Of a stretch of DNA of 61,411 nucleotides, positions 31,801 through 42,873 are shown piece by piece; within the stretch, counting starts at the first letter, position 1; each line of letters begins with the position of its first letter. The translations under genes were made by a program, and so were the position numbers. Source of the stretch: an uncultured Clostridium sp. GTDB taxonomy: Bacteria > Bacillota > Clostridia > TANB77 > CAG-508. The DNA lies in NCBI GenBank assembly GCA_947363765.1, contig CANAQC010000005.1:1-61411 (forward strand). The letters are read 5' to 3'. The notes below the pieces were generated by a model that saw only the letters and a list, made by a program, of their open reading frames with translations, was not told the origin of the DNA and did not search any database.

Positions 31801-31872
31801 AATAAAAAACCTCCCTATAGAATTATTATATATTATAATCTATAGGGAGTAAAGAGATTTTTCAAGAAATAA

Positions 31873-32730
31873 TTATTCTTTTGCAACCATATTATTTGTC
31901 AATCTATATACATGACATATATCACAATCTGTACAAATTGAAACATTATTGTCAAAAATTAATTTAAGAGTGGTAATAAATTCATCTTCATAATTATTTA
32001 TTAAATGGATATATAGTTTTTTTGGTAAAATATTAAGAAGTGCATTTAAACAATAATCATTTGAAGAAAAAGAAATATCAGATAGATATTTTGCATCTAA
32101 TAAAGAATTATCAAGTGGGATAATGTTTTTGTTTTTATCTAACAAAATACAATCTTTATTTGTATATACAAGATGAACAACATCCATAGTACTTTCTTTA
32201 GAATTTACGTATAAATGTAAAATATTTATAAATTCATAATATTCTCTTTCAATCAAAAAGTTATTAACTGATAAATCAATATTTTCATCTAAAAGATTTC
32301 TGTAGTTTTGGAGTCTAAAATTAACAAATCCAGTAAGAATAAAACCATGGTGTTCTAATAAATAATTTTGTAGAGCATTAAAAATGGCTTCATATCTTTT
32401 TTTATTTAAATCTTCATCTACTATAAAAAGATCTTGGCAATTTTCTAATATTTGTTGTTTCTCAATATCATTAAAATAAAAATAGTTATATTGTAAAATA
32501 TTTTTAATTAGTTTCTTTTCATAAAAAAATAGAATACATTTTGTTAATCGATCACATAATAAATCATAGAAAATATTAATATCTTCACCAGTATAATGTA
32601 AAATTACGTTTTCATATATTTTAAAATTACGATTTGACAAATAAATATTATCTATATTTAAGTTTGAAAAATCTTTTAGTAGATAATCTATTACATATGC
32701 ATTATTGCTCTTTATGCAAACGGATTTCAT
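31873..32730 (-). CDS. hypothetical protein, possibly YtxC-like sporulation protein
   Basis: 285-aa soluble ORF; size and composition recall YtxC-like proteins but I cannot confirm this. Confidence 0.5.
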   Translation of the reverse strand: MKSVCIKSNNAYVIDYLLKDFSNLNIDNIYLSNRNFKIYENVILHYTGEDINIFYDLLCDRLTKCILFFYEKKLIKNILQYNYFYFNDIEKQQILENCQDLFIVDEDLNKKRYEAIFNALQNYLLEHHGFILTGFVNFRLQNYRNLLDENIDLSVNNFLIEREYYEFINILHLYVNSKESTMDVVHLVYTNKDCILLDKNKNIIPLDNSLLDAKYLSDISFSSNDYCLNALLNILPKKLYIHLINNYEDEFITTLKLIFDNNVSICTDCDICHVYRLTNNMVAKE

Positions 32731-32849
32731 GAAATAAAACTCCTTTCATTGTTATAAAAAATAGTATCTACCAAAAATTGTTTAGATATACATTATTTTA
32801 TGCAATTTGATTTTGTTTGGAAACTTGTTTTTAAAAAAAGAGGCTCTAT

Positions 32850-34151
32850 TTAATGAACCTCTAAAAAATTTATATCTTCTTTATTATATTCTTCAGGTTT
32901 TAGTCCAACAGTACTTTTCATATAGTCTAATAAAAAGATAAAGAACACAGTAAATATACAACCTAGAATAATATATACATATGAAGTATTTGTTATTTCT
33001 AATAGTGCAGAACAAACAAAACATAAAATTGCCCTTAATATACTATATAAAAGTTCACTTGCTAAAGATATTTTAGTTCGTAGTTTTGAAGTAGTAAAAT
33101 TATTTAAATATCTTTTAATTAAAGTATAATAAGGTCCTTTTATAGCATATTGTAAAGCTAACATCAATAATATAATTTCCAATGTTAATCCAAAATTTAA
33201 TCCAATCATGGTAGATAATCCAATAACAATAAAAGAAATAGTAGTACGAGTGGCAAAAACACTTAAAGTTTTATTTTTATATCTATTATGAAATTTATCT
33301 TGATTAGCAGATGAAAAACCAGATATTAATTGAAGAACAGCATATATTAATCCAAAGTATTGAGCAGGTAATCCAATATCAGTTAAAATACTACTTCTTA
33401 AAGTAGAATACATTGCAAGTATTGCACAAAAAACACCATTAAAAATTATTAAGCTTCTAAGTCTATTGGATTTAACTATAAATTTAGAAGCAGTTTTTAA
33501 GTCTAATAAAATATTTTTAATAGAAATATTTTCTAAATCATTTTCTTCACAAGTAGAATTTTCTACTTCTTTAAAATTAAAAGATAATAATAATGAAATA
33601 ATACATATAAAAAGTGATAATATCATTGGTAAATAGCCATTAATAACAAATAAAAAACCAGTAGTAACACCAGAAATAGCATCAAAATAATAAAATATTG
33701 AACTAGCTTTACCATCTATTTTAGAAAATATTTCACCTCTTTTTTTAGTTTTTGGAATAGAATCATAAAGTAAATTAGACTCAGTTAGTCCTTTTAAGGC
33801 ATATCCAAAAGCAGAAAAAAACCAAGCGAGTATAATCATATATATATTACTAGCAAGAATAAGTAAAATTAAATCAAAAACAATAAAAAGATTGCCAAGA
33901 ATTATACTTTTTCTTTTACCTAATTTAGAAACAATTATATTACTAGGAATCTCAAGAATAAATTTAAAGATAGGATAAAAAGCATCTACAAATAGAACTT
34001 GTGCAGCTGATAAACCTTTTATTCCAGTTAAAAACAAAAATTCAATTGCATAATAAAACAGTGCATCCCAAGAGATTGCTTTATATATTGGGAATATTTT
34101 CATATTATAAGACATATTACCTAAATTTTTAGTATTTTCCATATTTTTCAC
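32850..34151 (-). CDS. MFS transporter
   Basis: 433 aa, about 12 predicted hydrophobic spans. Confidence 0.7.
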   Translation of the reverse strand: MKNMENTKNLGNMSYNMKIFPIYKAISWDALFYYAIEFLFLTGIKGLSAAQVLFVDAFYPIFKFILEIPSNIIVSKLGKRKSIILGNLFIVFDLILLILASNIYMIILAWFFSAFGYALKGLTESNLLYDSIPKTKKRGEIFSKIDGKASSIFYYFDAISGVTTGFLFVINGYLPMILSLFICIISLLLSFNFKEVENSTCEENDLENISIKNILLDLKTASKFIVKSNRLRSLIIFNGVFCAILAMYSTLRSSILTDIGLPAQYFGLIYAVLQLISGFSSANQDKFHNRYKNKTLSVFATRTTISFIVIGLSTMIGLNFGLTLEIILLMLALQYAIKGPYYTLIKRYLNNFTTSKLRTKISLASELLYSILRAILCFVCSALLEITNTSYVYIILGCIFTVFFIFLLDYMKSTVGLKPEEYNKEDINFLEVH

Positions 34152-34217
34152 CTTTGTACATATTTTTAATTATTATATATTAGGCAAAAAAAATTGTAAA
34201 TAAGTTTGTAATATAAA

Positions 34218-34246
34218 TTGACAAAAAACATAGATATTGATAATAT
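34218..34246 (+). promoter_or_regulatory. near-consensus promoter for the yqeG operon
   Basis: TTGACA 34218-34223, 17-nt spacer, extended -10 TGaTAATAT ending 34246. Confidence 0.45.
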
Positions 34247-34314
34247 AGAGTTACAGTTCCTTAAAAACTGATTTTGAAATAATTATTCTACAATGAAAGG
34301 AATATTTATAAACT

Positions 34315-34833
34315 ATGAATTTATATCCAAAACTATATATAGATAATGTAACGAGTATTACATATGAAATGTTACAACAAAATAATATAAAAGGTTTAAT
34401 TTTAGATGTAGATAATACACTTATAGATTATGAAAATAATATGCTAAAAGGAGTAGAACAATGGTGTGAAGAACTAAAAGAAAAAGGCATTAAATTTTGT
34501 ATTGCTTCAAATAATCATAAAGGTAAAAAGATAAAAGAAGTAGCAGAAAAATTAGGAATAGAATATATTTTTTTTGCAAGAAAACCACTAAAAGTAGGCT
34601 TAAATAAAGCAAGTAAGAAAATGACTCTATCAAATAATGAAATAGCAGTAATAGGAGATCAAATTTTTACAGATATTTTAGGAGCAAATAGATGTAAAAT
34701 GTTTTCTATATTAATTGAGCCAATAGAAGAAAGAGACATTTTTATAACAAGAATAAAACGACCAATTGAAAATATAATTAAAAAAAATTATCAAAACAAA
34801 CAAAAAAATACTAAAGGAGAAAGGGAAATTTAA
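34315..34833 (+). CDS. yqeG: HAD-IIIA phosphatase YqeG
   Basis: 172 aa, LILDVDNTL and IGDQIFTDILGAN motifs. Confidence 0.75.
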   Translation: MNLYPKLYIDNVTSITYEMLQQNNIKGLILDVDNTLIDYENNMLKGVEQWCEELKEKGIKFCIASNNHKGKKIKEVAEKLGIEYIFFARKPLKVGLNKASKKMTLSNNEIAVIGDQIFTDILGANRCKMFSILIEPIEERDIFITRIKRPIENIIKKNYQNKQKNTKGEREI

Positions 34834-34836
34834 AAA

Positions 34837-35590
34837 ATGTATATTAATGATGTACATATTGCATATTACATAATATTTGGAATATTAGGTGGAATTGTAG
34901 GTTGGTTTTTAAATTGGGCAAATTATAGAATGAAAAAAGAAAAGAAAATACTATCTAAAGATATATTTAAAAAACAAGAAAGACCAAACTTTAATTATAC
35001 ATTAATTATATTAAATATACTAATTTATATTATATTAGTATATTTTTGTGGGGTTCATAAACAAATTGAGCAAAATTTGAATCTAGTAAAATTTGCTATC
35101 CTAATTCCAATGTTAATATCTGCTTTTATTATAGATTATAAACTACAAATTATTCCAAATAGATTAAATTTAACAATATTTGAATTTGGTCTATTATGTA
35201 CATTTATTTATGGAATTAATAATATTAATATTGCAACAGATATGTTCTTAGGAATGATTACAGGTGCAGTGATATTTTTAATAATTACAATAATTCGGAG
35301 GTATTATTGCAGGAAAAGAGGCAATGGGATTTGGTGATGTAAAACTAATGGGAGCATTAGGATTATTTTTTGGTTTTAGTGGTACAATTATAATTACATT
35401 AATTGCTTTTTTATTAGGTGCAATTATAAGTGTTTTTTTATTATTAACCAAAAAAAAGAAAACAGATGAGTACATACCATTTGGTCCTTTTATAGTACTT
35501 GCAGCAATTATTGTAATATTTGTTCCATTTTCAACATTAGTTGGAATTTTAGTAAAAGTATTTACATTAGGAATGTATAAAGGAATATAA
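34837..35590 (+). CDS. prepilin peptidase (A24 family), needs +1 shift at 35296
   Basis: polytopic; ...IITII|G|GIIAGKEAMGFGDVKLMGALGLFFG joins ORF 34837-35337 to ORF 35324-35590. Confidence 0.8.
35296..35299 (+). other. zero-frame CGG-A, +1 shift site (prepilin peptidase)
   Basis: ATA ATT CGG AGG; skipping C35296 restores the frame that carries the GFGDVKL active-site region. Confidence 0.85.
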
Positions 35591-35629
35591 ATAATATTGT
35601 AAAATGTAATACAAGGAGGGATAAAAATA

Positions 35630-36710
35630 ATGAATACAAAAATAAAATGGTTGAGGGATAAAATTACTAGAATGAATATGGATGGTATGATTATATCAAA
35701 TCCAGTTAATGTTCAGTATCTACTTGGATTACCTTCTAAAGTAGAAGGTATTATTTTAATAACAAGAAAAGAAAATATATATATTACAGATAGCCGTTAT
35801 ATTGAATATGTAAATAATATTATTACAATAGACGATGAAGTAATTGTTACAAATGTAATGGATGTATCACAAGATGATTATGAAAACTTCTTTTTGTTTT
35901 GTGAAAATGTAGGATTTGAAGAAAATCATTTAACATATAACAAATACAAAGAATATATGAGAAAATACAAAATAAATAATTTTGTAGAAACAGATTATAT
36001 TATTGAAAAACAAAGAATGATAAAAGATGAAGAAGAAATACAAAAAATCGAAACAGCATGTAAAATTACAGATGAATGTTTCAACCATATATTAGAATTT
36101 ATTAAAATAGGACAAACAGAAAAAGAGATTGCAATGGAAATTGAACAATACTTTATTAAACATGGGGCAGAGGCTTGCTTTGAAACAATTGTTGCATCAC
36201 GGAACAAATTCTTCTATGCCACATGCTATTCCTACGCAAAAGAAAATTGAATCAGGTGATATAATAACAATTGACTTTGGATGTAAATATCAAGGCTATT
36301 GTTCAGATATGACAAGAACTATTTTTGTAGATTTTGTACAAGACTATATAAAGCCTATATATAATTTAGTATTAAAAAATCAAGAACTAACAATTAAAGA
36401 AATGTACGATGGTGCAAATACACGTATTATTTCCAAAATGGTAGAAAATGATTTTAAATTAAACAGATTTGATTTAGTACATGCATTAGGTCATGGAGTA
36501 GGATTAGAAGTGCACGAAGAACCTATTATTAGTTCAAAACGAGGAGACTTTATTTTAAGAGAAAATATGATTTTAACTAATGAACCAGGTATATATATAC
36601 CAAAAAAATTTGGTGTTAGAATTGAAGATACAATAGTAATTACAAAACATGGGGCAAAAAGCTTAACAAATTCAAATAAAGATTATGTAATAGTAAAAGG
36701 AAAAATATAA
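35630..36710 (+). CDS. pepP: Xaa-Pro aminopeptidase (M24B), needs +1 shift at 36200
   Basis: ...ETIVAS|G|TNSSMPHAIPTQKKIESGDIITIDFG...HGVGLEVHEEP...EPGIY...RIEDT metal-ligand motifs. Confidence 0.85.
36200..36203 (+). other. zero-frame CGG-A, +1 shift site (pepP)
   Basis: GCA TCA CGG AAC; skipping C36200 gives IVAS-G-TNSSMPH. Confidence 0.85.
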
Positions 36711-36788
36711 AATATAGGTAAAATCTTGATTTTTAAGTAAATATAGTATAAAATAACAAAAACGATGAAATAATAAGGAGGAAATGAA

Positions 36789-37355
36789 ATGGCAGAAGTA
36801 TATATGGCAGGAGATTTTAGAAATGGAACTACTTTTGAAATGGAAGGAAATGTATATAAAGTAGTAGAATTTCAACATGTAAAACCGGGAAAAGGTGCAG
36901 CATTTGTAAGAACAAAATTAAAAAATGTAATATCAGGAGCAGTATTAGAAAAAACTTTTAATCCATCAGAAAAATATCCAGGAGCAGAAATAGAAAAAAG
37001 GGAAATGCAATATTTATATAGTGATGGGGATTTATATTATTTTATGGATAATGAATCATATGAACAAATCCCATTAAATAAAGAACAATTAGGAGATAGC
37101 CTAAAATTCATAAAAGAAAATATGAGTGTAAAAATACTTTCTTTTAAAGGAAATGTATTTGCAGTAGAACCACCAATGTTTGTTGAATTAGAAGTTACAT
37201 ATACAGAACCAGGATTTAGTGGAAATACGACTACTACTTCAGGAAAACCAGCAACTTTAGAAAATGGTTATGAAATTAGTGTTCCATTGTTTATAAACAT
37301 TGGAGATATTATTAAAATTGATACTAGAACTGGAGAATATATGGAAAGAGTGTAA
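36789..37355 (+). CDS. efp: elongation factor P
   Basis: 188 aa, [19 protein letters not shown]; start ATG 36789 or 36804. Confidence 0.9.
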   Translation: MAEVYMAGDFRNGTTFEMEGNVYKVVEFQHVKPGKGAAFVRTKLKNVISGAVLEKTFNPSEKYPGAEIEKREMQYLYSDGDLYYFMDNESYEQIPLNKEQLGDSLKFIKENMSVKILSFKGNVFAVEPPMFVELEVTYTEPGFSGNTTTTSGKPATLENGYEISVPLFINIGDIIKIDTRTGEYMERV

Positions 37356-37393
37356 AAAATACACAATTAAAATATATGGAAGGAAAGAGTTAA

Positions 37394-37918
37394 ATGTCAA
37401 AATTACAAGAAAAATTTAATTCAATTATTGCTAAAATAGAAGAAAGAATTCAAGACCAAGAAGAATTAAAATTCATAAAAGAACAAATTGCAGAAATATC
37501 AATGCTATATATAGATGAATTAAATAAAGTAATAGATGTAAGTGAAAAAAGAGTAAATCAAGTTTATGAAAATCAAAAAATTTTAGAGAAAAAAATGAAT
37601 GAAATTGAAAACAATATGGGACATATTCAAAAGGAATTATTTGTAGAAGAAGACTATGATTTTGAAATTGTATGTCCATATTGTAATCATGAATTTGTAA
37701 CAGATATGGGAGTAGAATTAAAAGAAGTAGAATGCCCAGAATGTCATAATATAATTGAACTTGATTGGAATCATGAAGAAGATTGCCATGGAGGAGGACA
37801 TTGTAGTGGTTGTCATGAATGCCAGCAAGAAGATGACAAACAACAAAATAATGCAAATAATGCAAATCAAGATTATGAAAAAGATTATGAAAATACAGAT
37901 GAAGAAGATGATATGTAA
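37394..37918 (+). CDS. hypothetical zinc-ribbon protein with acidic tail (CD1247-N-like)
   Basis: 174 aa, CPYCNHEF...CPECHN then CHGGGHCSGCHEC and a D/E/N-rich C-terminus; follows efp. Confidence 0.55.
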   Translation: MSKLQEKFNSIIAKIEERIQDQEELKFIKEQIAEISMLYIDELNKVIDVSEKRVNQVYENQKILEKKMNEIENNMGHIQKELFVEEDYDFEIVCPYCNHEFVTDMGVELKEVECPECHNIIELDWNHEEDCHGGGHCSGCHECQQEDDKQQNNANNANQDYEKDYENTDEEDDM

Positions 37919-37928
37919 AATACATTCT

Positions 37929-37954
37929 AAAAAGCATGGAAAACCATGCTTTTT
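37929..37954 (+). terminator. rho-independent terminator
   Basis: AGCATGG-AAAA-CCATGCT followed by TTTT. Confidence 0.65.
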
Positions 37955-38060
37955 AGATTTGTAAAGACAAAATAAGACAAAATCTGTATGTATAACTATT
38001 GAAAAAAAATATAGTTTATGATATAAGTGAAATAGAATATTTTTAAAGAAAGAAAAAAAC

Positions 38061-39080
38061 ATGAAAAATATTAAAGACTATAATATAGAACAATTAAAAA
38101 ATGAATTAATAAATTTAGGAGAAAAACCTTATCGTGCAGAGCAGATTTTTTCTTGGATTTATAAAGAAAATGTAACAAGTTTTGATGAAATGACAAATCT
38201 ATCAATTGAATTAAGAGACAAGCTAAAAAAAGAGTTTACTTTATGTATTTATAAAATATTAAAAAAGCAAGAGTCAAATGATGGAACTAAAAAATACTTA
38301 TTTGATATATTAGATGGAAATGCAATTGAAACAGTTTTAATGAGTTATCATCATGGGTATACTATTTGTGTATCTTCACAAGTGGGATGCAAAATGGGGT
38401 GTAAGTTTTGTGCATCAAGTAAAATACCATTTATAAGAAACTTAACTTCTGGTGAAATTATAGAGCAGATTTTAGCAGTAGAAAGAGATGCAAAAATTAA
38501 GATTTCAAATATTGTATTTATGGGAATAGGTGAACCTTTAGATAATTATGATAATGTATTAAATTCAATTAGTATTATAAACAATCCAAAAGGATTAAAT
38601 ATAGGAGCACGACATATTAGTATTTCAACAAGTGGAATAGTTCCTAAAATATATGAATTAGCACAACAAGATTTACAATGTACTCTATCTATATCACTTC
38701 ATGCTACAACAAATGAGAAAAGAAATACTATGATGCCAATTAATAAAAAATATCCAATAGAAGAATTAATAAAAGCTTGTAAAGATTATATAAATAAAAC
38801 TAATAAACGAATTTCATTTGAATACGCATTGGCAAAACAAAATAATGATAATTTAGAAGATGCAAAACGATTAGTTGGTTTATTAAAAGGATTGTTATGC
38901 CATGTGAATCTTATTCCAATTAATCAAATTGAAAATGGAATATATAAAAAAAGTACAAACGAAAATATCATAAAATTTCGAGATTACTTAAATGAGAAGG
39001 GAATTGTAGCAACAATTAGAAGAGAATTAGGTTCAGATATAGAAGCAGCATGTGGACAATTAAGAAGAAAGAATTTATAA
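38061..39080 (+). CDS. rlmN: 23S rRNA/tRNA (adenine-C2)-methyltransferase RlmN
   Basis: 339 aa, radical-SAM CKMGCKFCAS, C-terminal ACGQL. Confidence 0.9.
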   Translation: MKNIKDYNIEQLKNELINLGEKPYRAEQIFSWIYKENVTSFDEMTNLSIELRDKLKKEFTLCIYKILKKQESNDGTKKYLFDILDGNAIETVLMSYHHGYTICVSSQVGCKMGCKFCASSKIPFIRNLTSGEIIEQILAVERDAKIKISNIVFMGIGEPLDNYDNVLNSISIINNPKGLNIGARHISISTSGIVPKIYELAQQDLQCTLSISLHATTNEKRNTMMPINKKYPIEELIKACKDYINKTNKRISFEYALAKQNNDNLEDAKRLVGLLKGLLCHVNLIPINQIENGIYKKSTNENIIKFRDYLNEKGIVATIRRELGSDIEAACGQLRRKNL

Positions 39081-39094
39081 AAATAGGAGGAAAA

Positions 39095-39826
39095 ATGAAA
39101 GTTTTTGCAAAAAGCGATTTAGGAAAAGCAAGAGATATGAATGAAGACTTTTATTATATATCAGCAAATGAAGAAAGTATAAAACTATATATCTTAGCAG
39201 ATGGTATGGGTGGTTATAATGGAGGAGAAATTGCAAGTAAATTAGCAACAAACTCTGTAAAAAGTTACATACAAAATAATTTTGAAAAAATTGAAAAAGA
39301 TAAAGAAAGTATATTAAAATTAATAAAAGACTCTATTGAATATGCTAATATGGTAATATATGAAAAAGCAAAACAAATAATTGAACTTGAAAATATGGGT
39401 ACTACTTTAGAAGTTTGTTTAATATATAATAATAAGGCATTTATTGGTCATATTGGAGATAGTAGAATTTATCGTATTAGAAAACAATTTATTAGAAAAT
39501 TAACACAAGACCATAGTTATGTAGAAGAATTAGTAAAAGATGGAACAATTACAAAAGAAGAAGCACAAAATCATCCGAAAAAAAATATGCTTATGAAAGC
39601 TCTAGGATGTACACCTTTTGTAGAACCAGATTTAATGATAAGAGGATTTCTAAAAGAAGATGTTTTACTAATGTGTTCTGATGGACTAACCAATATGTTA
39701 ACAGAAGAAGCAATATATAAAATGGTAGTAACAGATTTTACAAATAGTAGTAATAATTTAGTAGCTAGAGCAAATGAACTAGGGGGATATGATAATATTA
39801 CAGTCGTTATTATAAAAAACGATTAA
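39095..39826 (+). CDS. prpC: PP2C Ser/Thr phosphatase (Stp/PrpC)
   Basis: ATG 39095 after AGGAGG; ADGMGGYNGGEIAS and DNITVVII motifs; rlmN-prpC-prkC order as in B. subtilis. Confidence 0.85.
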   Translation: MKVFAKSDLGKARDMNEDFYYISANEESIKLYILADGMGGYNGGEIASKLATNSVKSYIQNNFEKIEKDKESILKLIKDSIEYANMVIYEKAKQIIELENMGTTLEVCLIYNNKAFIGHIGDSRIYRIRKQFIRKLTQDHSYVEELVKDGTITKEEAQNHPKKNMLMKALGCTPFVEPDLMIRGFLKEDVLLMCSDGLTNMLTEEAIYKMVVTDFTNSSNNLVARANELGGYDNITVVIIKND

Positions 39827-39854
39827 TAAAAAAATAATATAGGAGAGATGGGAA

Positions 39855-41832
39855 ATGAATATAGAAGGAAGACTAATTGCAAATAGATATGAGATATTGA
39901 AAAAAGTTGGTAATGGAGGAATGGCTACTGTATATAAAGCAAAAGATCACATTCTTAATCGTGAAGTAGCAGTTAAGATTTTAAAAGACGAATTTACAAC
40001 AGATGATGAATTCATAAAAAGATTTCGTTCAGAAGCACAAGCAGTAGCAAGTCTAACTCATCCTAATATTGTAGGAGTATATGATGTAGGAAATGAAGGA
40101 AATTTATATTATATAGTAATGGAATTAGTACAAGGAAAAACATTAAAAGAGGTTATTCAACAAGAAGGTAAACTTTCTTGGAAATGGTCTGTTAATGTGG
40201 CAATACAAATTGCTTCAGCATTAGAAACAGCACACAAGAAAAATATTGTTCACCGTGATATCAAACCACATAACATTATTATAACTGAAGATGGTATGGC
40301 AAAAGTAACTGATTTTGGAATAGCAAAAGCTGTATCGAATTCAACAATTACAGCTTTTGGAACTACTATTGGTTCTGTTCACTATTTTTCACCAGAACAT
40401 GCAAGAGGTGGGTTTACAGATGCTAAATCTGATTTATATTCACTTGGTATTGTAATGTATGAAATGTTAACAGGAAAAGTGCCATTTGATGCAGATACTC
40501 CAGTTTCAATTGCATTAATGCATATGCAAGAAACAGCTATTCCACCAATTACTCTAAATTCTACAATACCAAATTCAGTAAACAAAATTGTAATAAAAGC
40601 AATGCAAAAAGATGCTAATTTAAGATATCAAAGCGCATCTGAAATGTTAAAAGACTTAAATATGTCATTAAAAAATCCAGATGGAAATTTTGTATTTATG
40701 AAAGATGCAGAAAATGATTTTCCAACACAAAAAATACCAACAATGTATGATACAGATATAAATAAAGAAAACCCAGCAAGAAAATCACAAAAAGATAAAA
40801 AGAAAGAAAATAAATTTATAAGTTTTATAAAAAAACATAAAGCACTATCTTTTATAATAGGTGCAATCCTACTATTTGTATTAACAATAGGAATTACTTA
40901 TTTTGGATTAAAATTAACACAAGTAAAAGAAGTCTTAATACCAAATCTTGAAGGAATGTCTAGTCAAGAAGCAAAAAGAACTTTAGAAGAAGCAAAACTA
41001 GTATATACTGAATTAGAAGCACAATTTAGTCCAGATGTACCAGAAGGATATGTAATTAGTCAAGAACCACGTTATATTGAAAATTATAAAATAAAAGAAA
41101 AATCAGAAGTAAAAGTTGTTATTAGTAAAGGGCAAGAATTAACAATTGTTCCTAAAGTAGTGGGAATGAAAAAAGAAGAAGCAATTGCAGCTTTACAAGA
41201 AGCAAATTTATTATCAGAAGTAATAGAAGAAACCAGTAAAACTGTAGAAGAAGGATATGTAATTAGTCAAGAAATAGAACAAAACAAACAAATAAATGCA
41301 GGAGAAACTGTTAAAATACATGTAAGTATAGGAACAGGAATTGAACAAGTAGATATACCAAATGTAGTAGGAAAAACTGAGGCAGATGCAAAGAAATTAT
41401 TAATAGATAATAAACTTAAAGTAAAAGAAGTTATTTATCAAGAAGATAAAACAAAAAATGATGGAATTGTTCTAAAACAAGATAAAGAATCAGGAACAAC
41501 AGTTGATGCAGGAACAGAAATTACTATTACAGTAAATAAAATTGCTCAAATGAAAACACGGAAAAGTAATTGTAAATGTAAAATCTATTACGAAATATAA
41601 AGAACCAGATAATACATCAAATACTATTCCAACAGAGCCAAAACAAGCAAAAGTAAGAATTGTAGTAGGTGAAGATGTTATATATAATAATACTGTAAGT
41701 AAAACAGAGACAAATTTAACAAAAGAATTCCAAGGCATAGGAACAGTAACAATAAAAGTATATATTGATGATATTTTAGAAAAAACATCACAATTAAATT
41801 TAAATGAAAAAACAACATTAACAGTGGAATAA
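39855..41832 (+). CDS. prkC: PASTA-domain Ser/Thr kinase PrkC, C-terminal domain reached by +1 shift at 41559
   Basis: HRDIKPHNIII, DFGIAKA kinase motifs, TM helix, three PASTA repeats; after the shift the frame runs to TAA 41830-41832 and adds about 90 aa. Confidence 0.85.
41559..41562 (+). other. zero-frame CGG-A, +1 shift site (prkC)
   Basis: AAA ACA CGG AAA; zero frame ends at 41600; skipping C41559 gives QMKT-G-KVIVNVKSITKYKEPDN...TLTVE. Confidence 0.8.
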
Positions 41833-41847
41833 AATTTGTTATTATAT

Positions 41848-41885
41848 AAAGAAAATAGTGTTACATGTGTAATGCTATTTTCTTT
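41848..41885 (+). terminator. rho-independent terminator after prkC
   Basis: AAAGAAAATAGTGTTACA / TGTAATGCTATTTTCTTT with two G:U pairs. Confidence 0.5.
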
Positions 41886-41937
41886 ATATAGAAAAGATAT
41901 TAATAATTTTGCAATATACGAATTTATATAGTTTTTA

Positions 41938-41966
41938 TTGATTTAAAAATTATAATAGTATATAAT
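41938..41966 (+). promoter_or_regulatory. consensus-like promoter for rsgA-rpe
   Basis: TTGATT 41938-41943, 17-nt spacer, TATAAT 41961-41966. Confidence 0.5.
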
Positions 41967-41997
41967 TATTTTATAAAACTTATAAAAAGGAGCAGTA

Positions 41998-42873
41998 ATG
42001 CAAGGAAGGATTATTAATAATATCTCAAACACATACTATATTGAATATAAAGAAAACATATATGAAGCAGTAGCACGAGGTAGATTTAAATTAGATAATA
42101 TTATACCTGTAGTAGGAGATAAAGTGGAATTTGAAGAAATCCAAAATAAAGAAGCTGTAATTACAAATATATTTCCAAGAAATAATTATATAAAAAGACC
42201 TAAAATTGCAAATATAACAAGACTTATCTTGATTGTATCATTAAAAAATCCAAAACCAGACTTATTATTATTAGATAAGCAATTAGCTTTTGCAGAGTTT
42301 ATAGGAATTACACCTATTATTGTTTTAAATAAAAAAGATTTGATTACAGCAAATGAAATTCAAGAAATTAGTAAAACTTATATAAATTTAGGATATAAAG
42401 TAATAACAATAAGTGCGATAAAAAGAGAAGCAATTAGTGATATAAAAATGGAATTAAATGGGCAAATTAGTGCATTTTCTGGTAACTCTGGTGTTGGAAA
42501 ATCTACATTATTAAACGCAATTTTTGGGGAAAATTTAACAAAAGAGGGAGTAATAAGTAATAAAAGCAAAAAAGGAAAAAACACAACAACAAATGTACAA
42601 TTATATAAATTAGATGAAAATACTTATATAGCAGATACACCAGGATTTTCTACCATTGATATATACGAAATAGAAAGCAAAAATTTGTACAAGTACTTTA
42701 AAGAATTAAAAAAAGCAGAAAAACAATGCAAATACACAGGATGTACACATATTAAAGAAAAAGAATGTGGAATAAAAAAGGAATTAGAACAAGGTAAAAT
42801 TTCTGAATCAAGATATAAAAATTATATAAAAATATATGAAGATATAAAAAATAAGGAGGAACACAAATGGTAG
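41998..42873 (+). CDS. rsgA: ribosome small-subunit GTPase RsgA (CpgA)
   Basis: 291 aa, NKKDL, GNSGVGKSTLLNAI, C-terminal zinc knuckle CKYTGCTHIKEKEC. Confidence 0.9.
   Translation: MQGRIINNISNTYYIEYKENIYEAVARGRFKLDNIIPVVGDKVEFEEIQNKEAVITNIFPRNNYIKRPKIANITRLILIVSLKNPKPDLLLLDKQLAFAEFIGITPIIVLNKKDLITANEIQEISKTYINLGYKVITISAIKREAISDIKMELNGQISAFSGNSGVGKSTLLNAIFGENLTKEGVISNKSKKGKNTTTNVQLYKLDENTYIADTPGFSTIDIYEIESKNLYKYFKELKKAEKQCKYTGCTHIKEKECGIKKELEQGKISESRYKNYIKIYEDIKNKEEHKW

Noticed and set aside
37473-38062. Overlapping ORFs 37473-37937 (minus), 37718-38062 (minus) and 37755-37964 (plus), plus similar antisense ORFs elsewhere (5407-5595, 7159-7392, 11330-11755, 13710-13973, 16490-17002, 17067-17345, 22339-22602, 45582-45836, 47621-48269, 52064-52429)
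   Set aside because: All lie opposite to or out of frame with conserved genes and have Phe/Ile/Leu/Ser-rich nonsense composition, as expected from AT-rich antisense strands.
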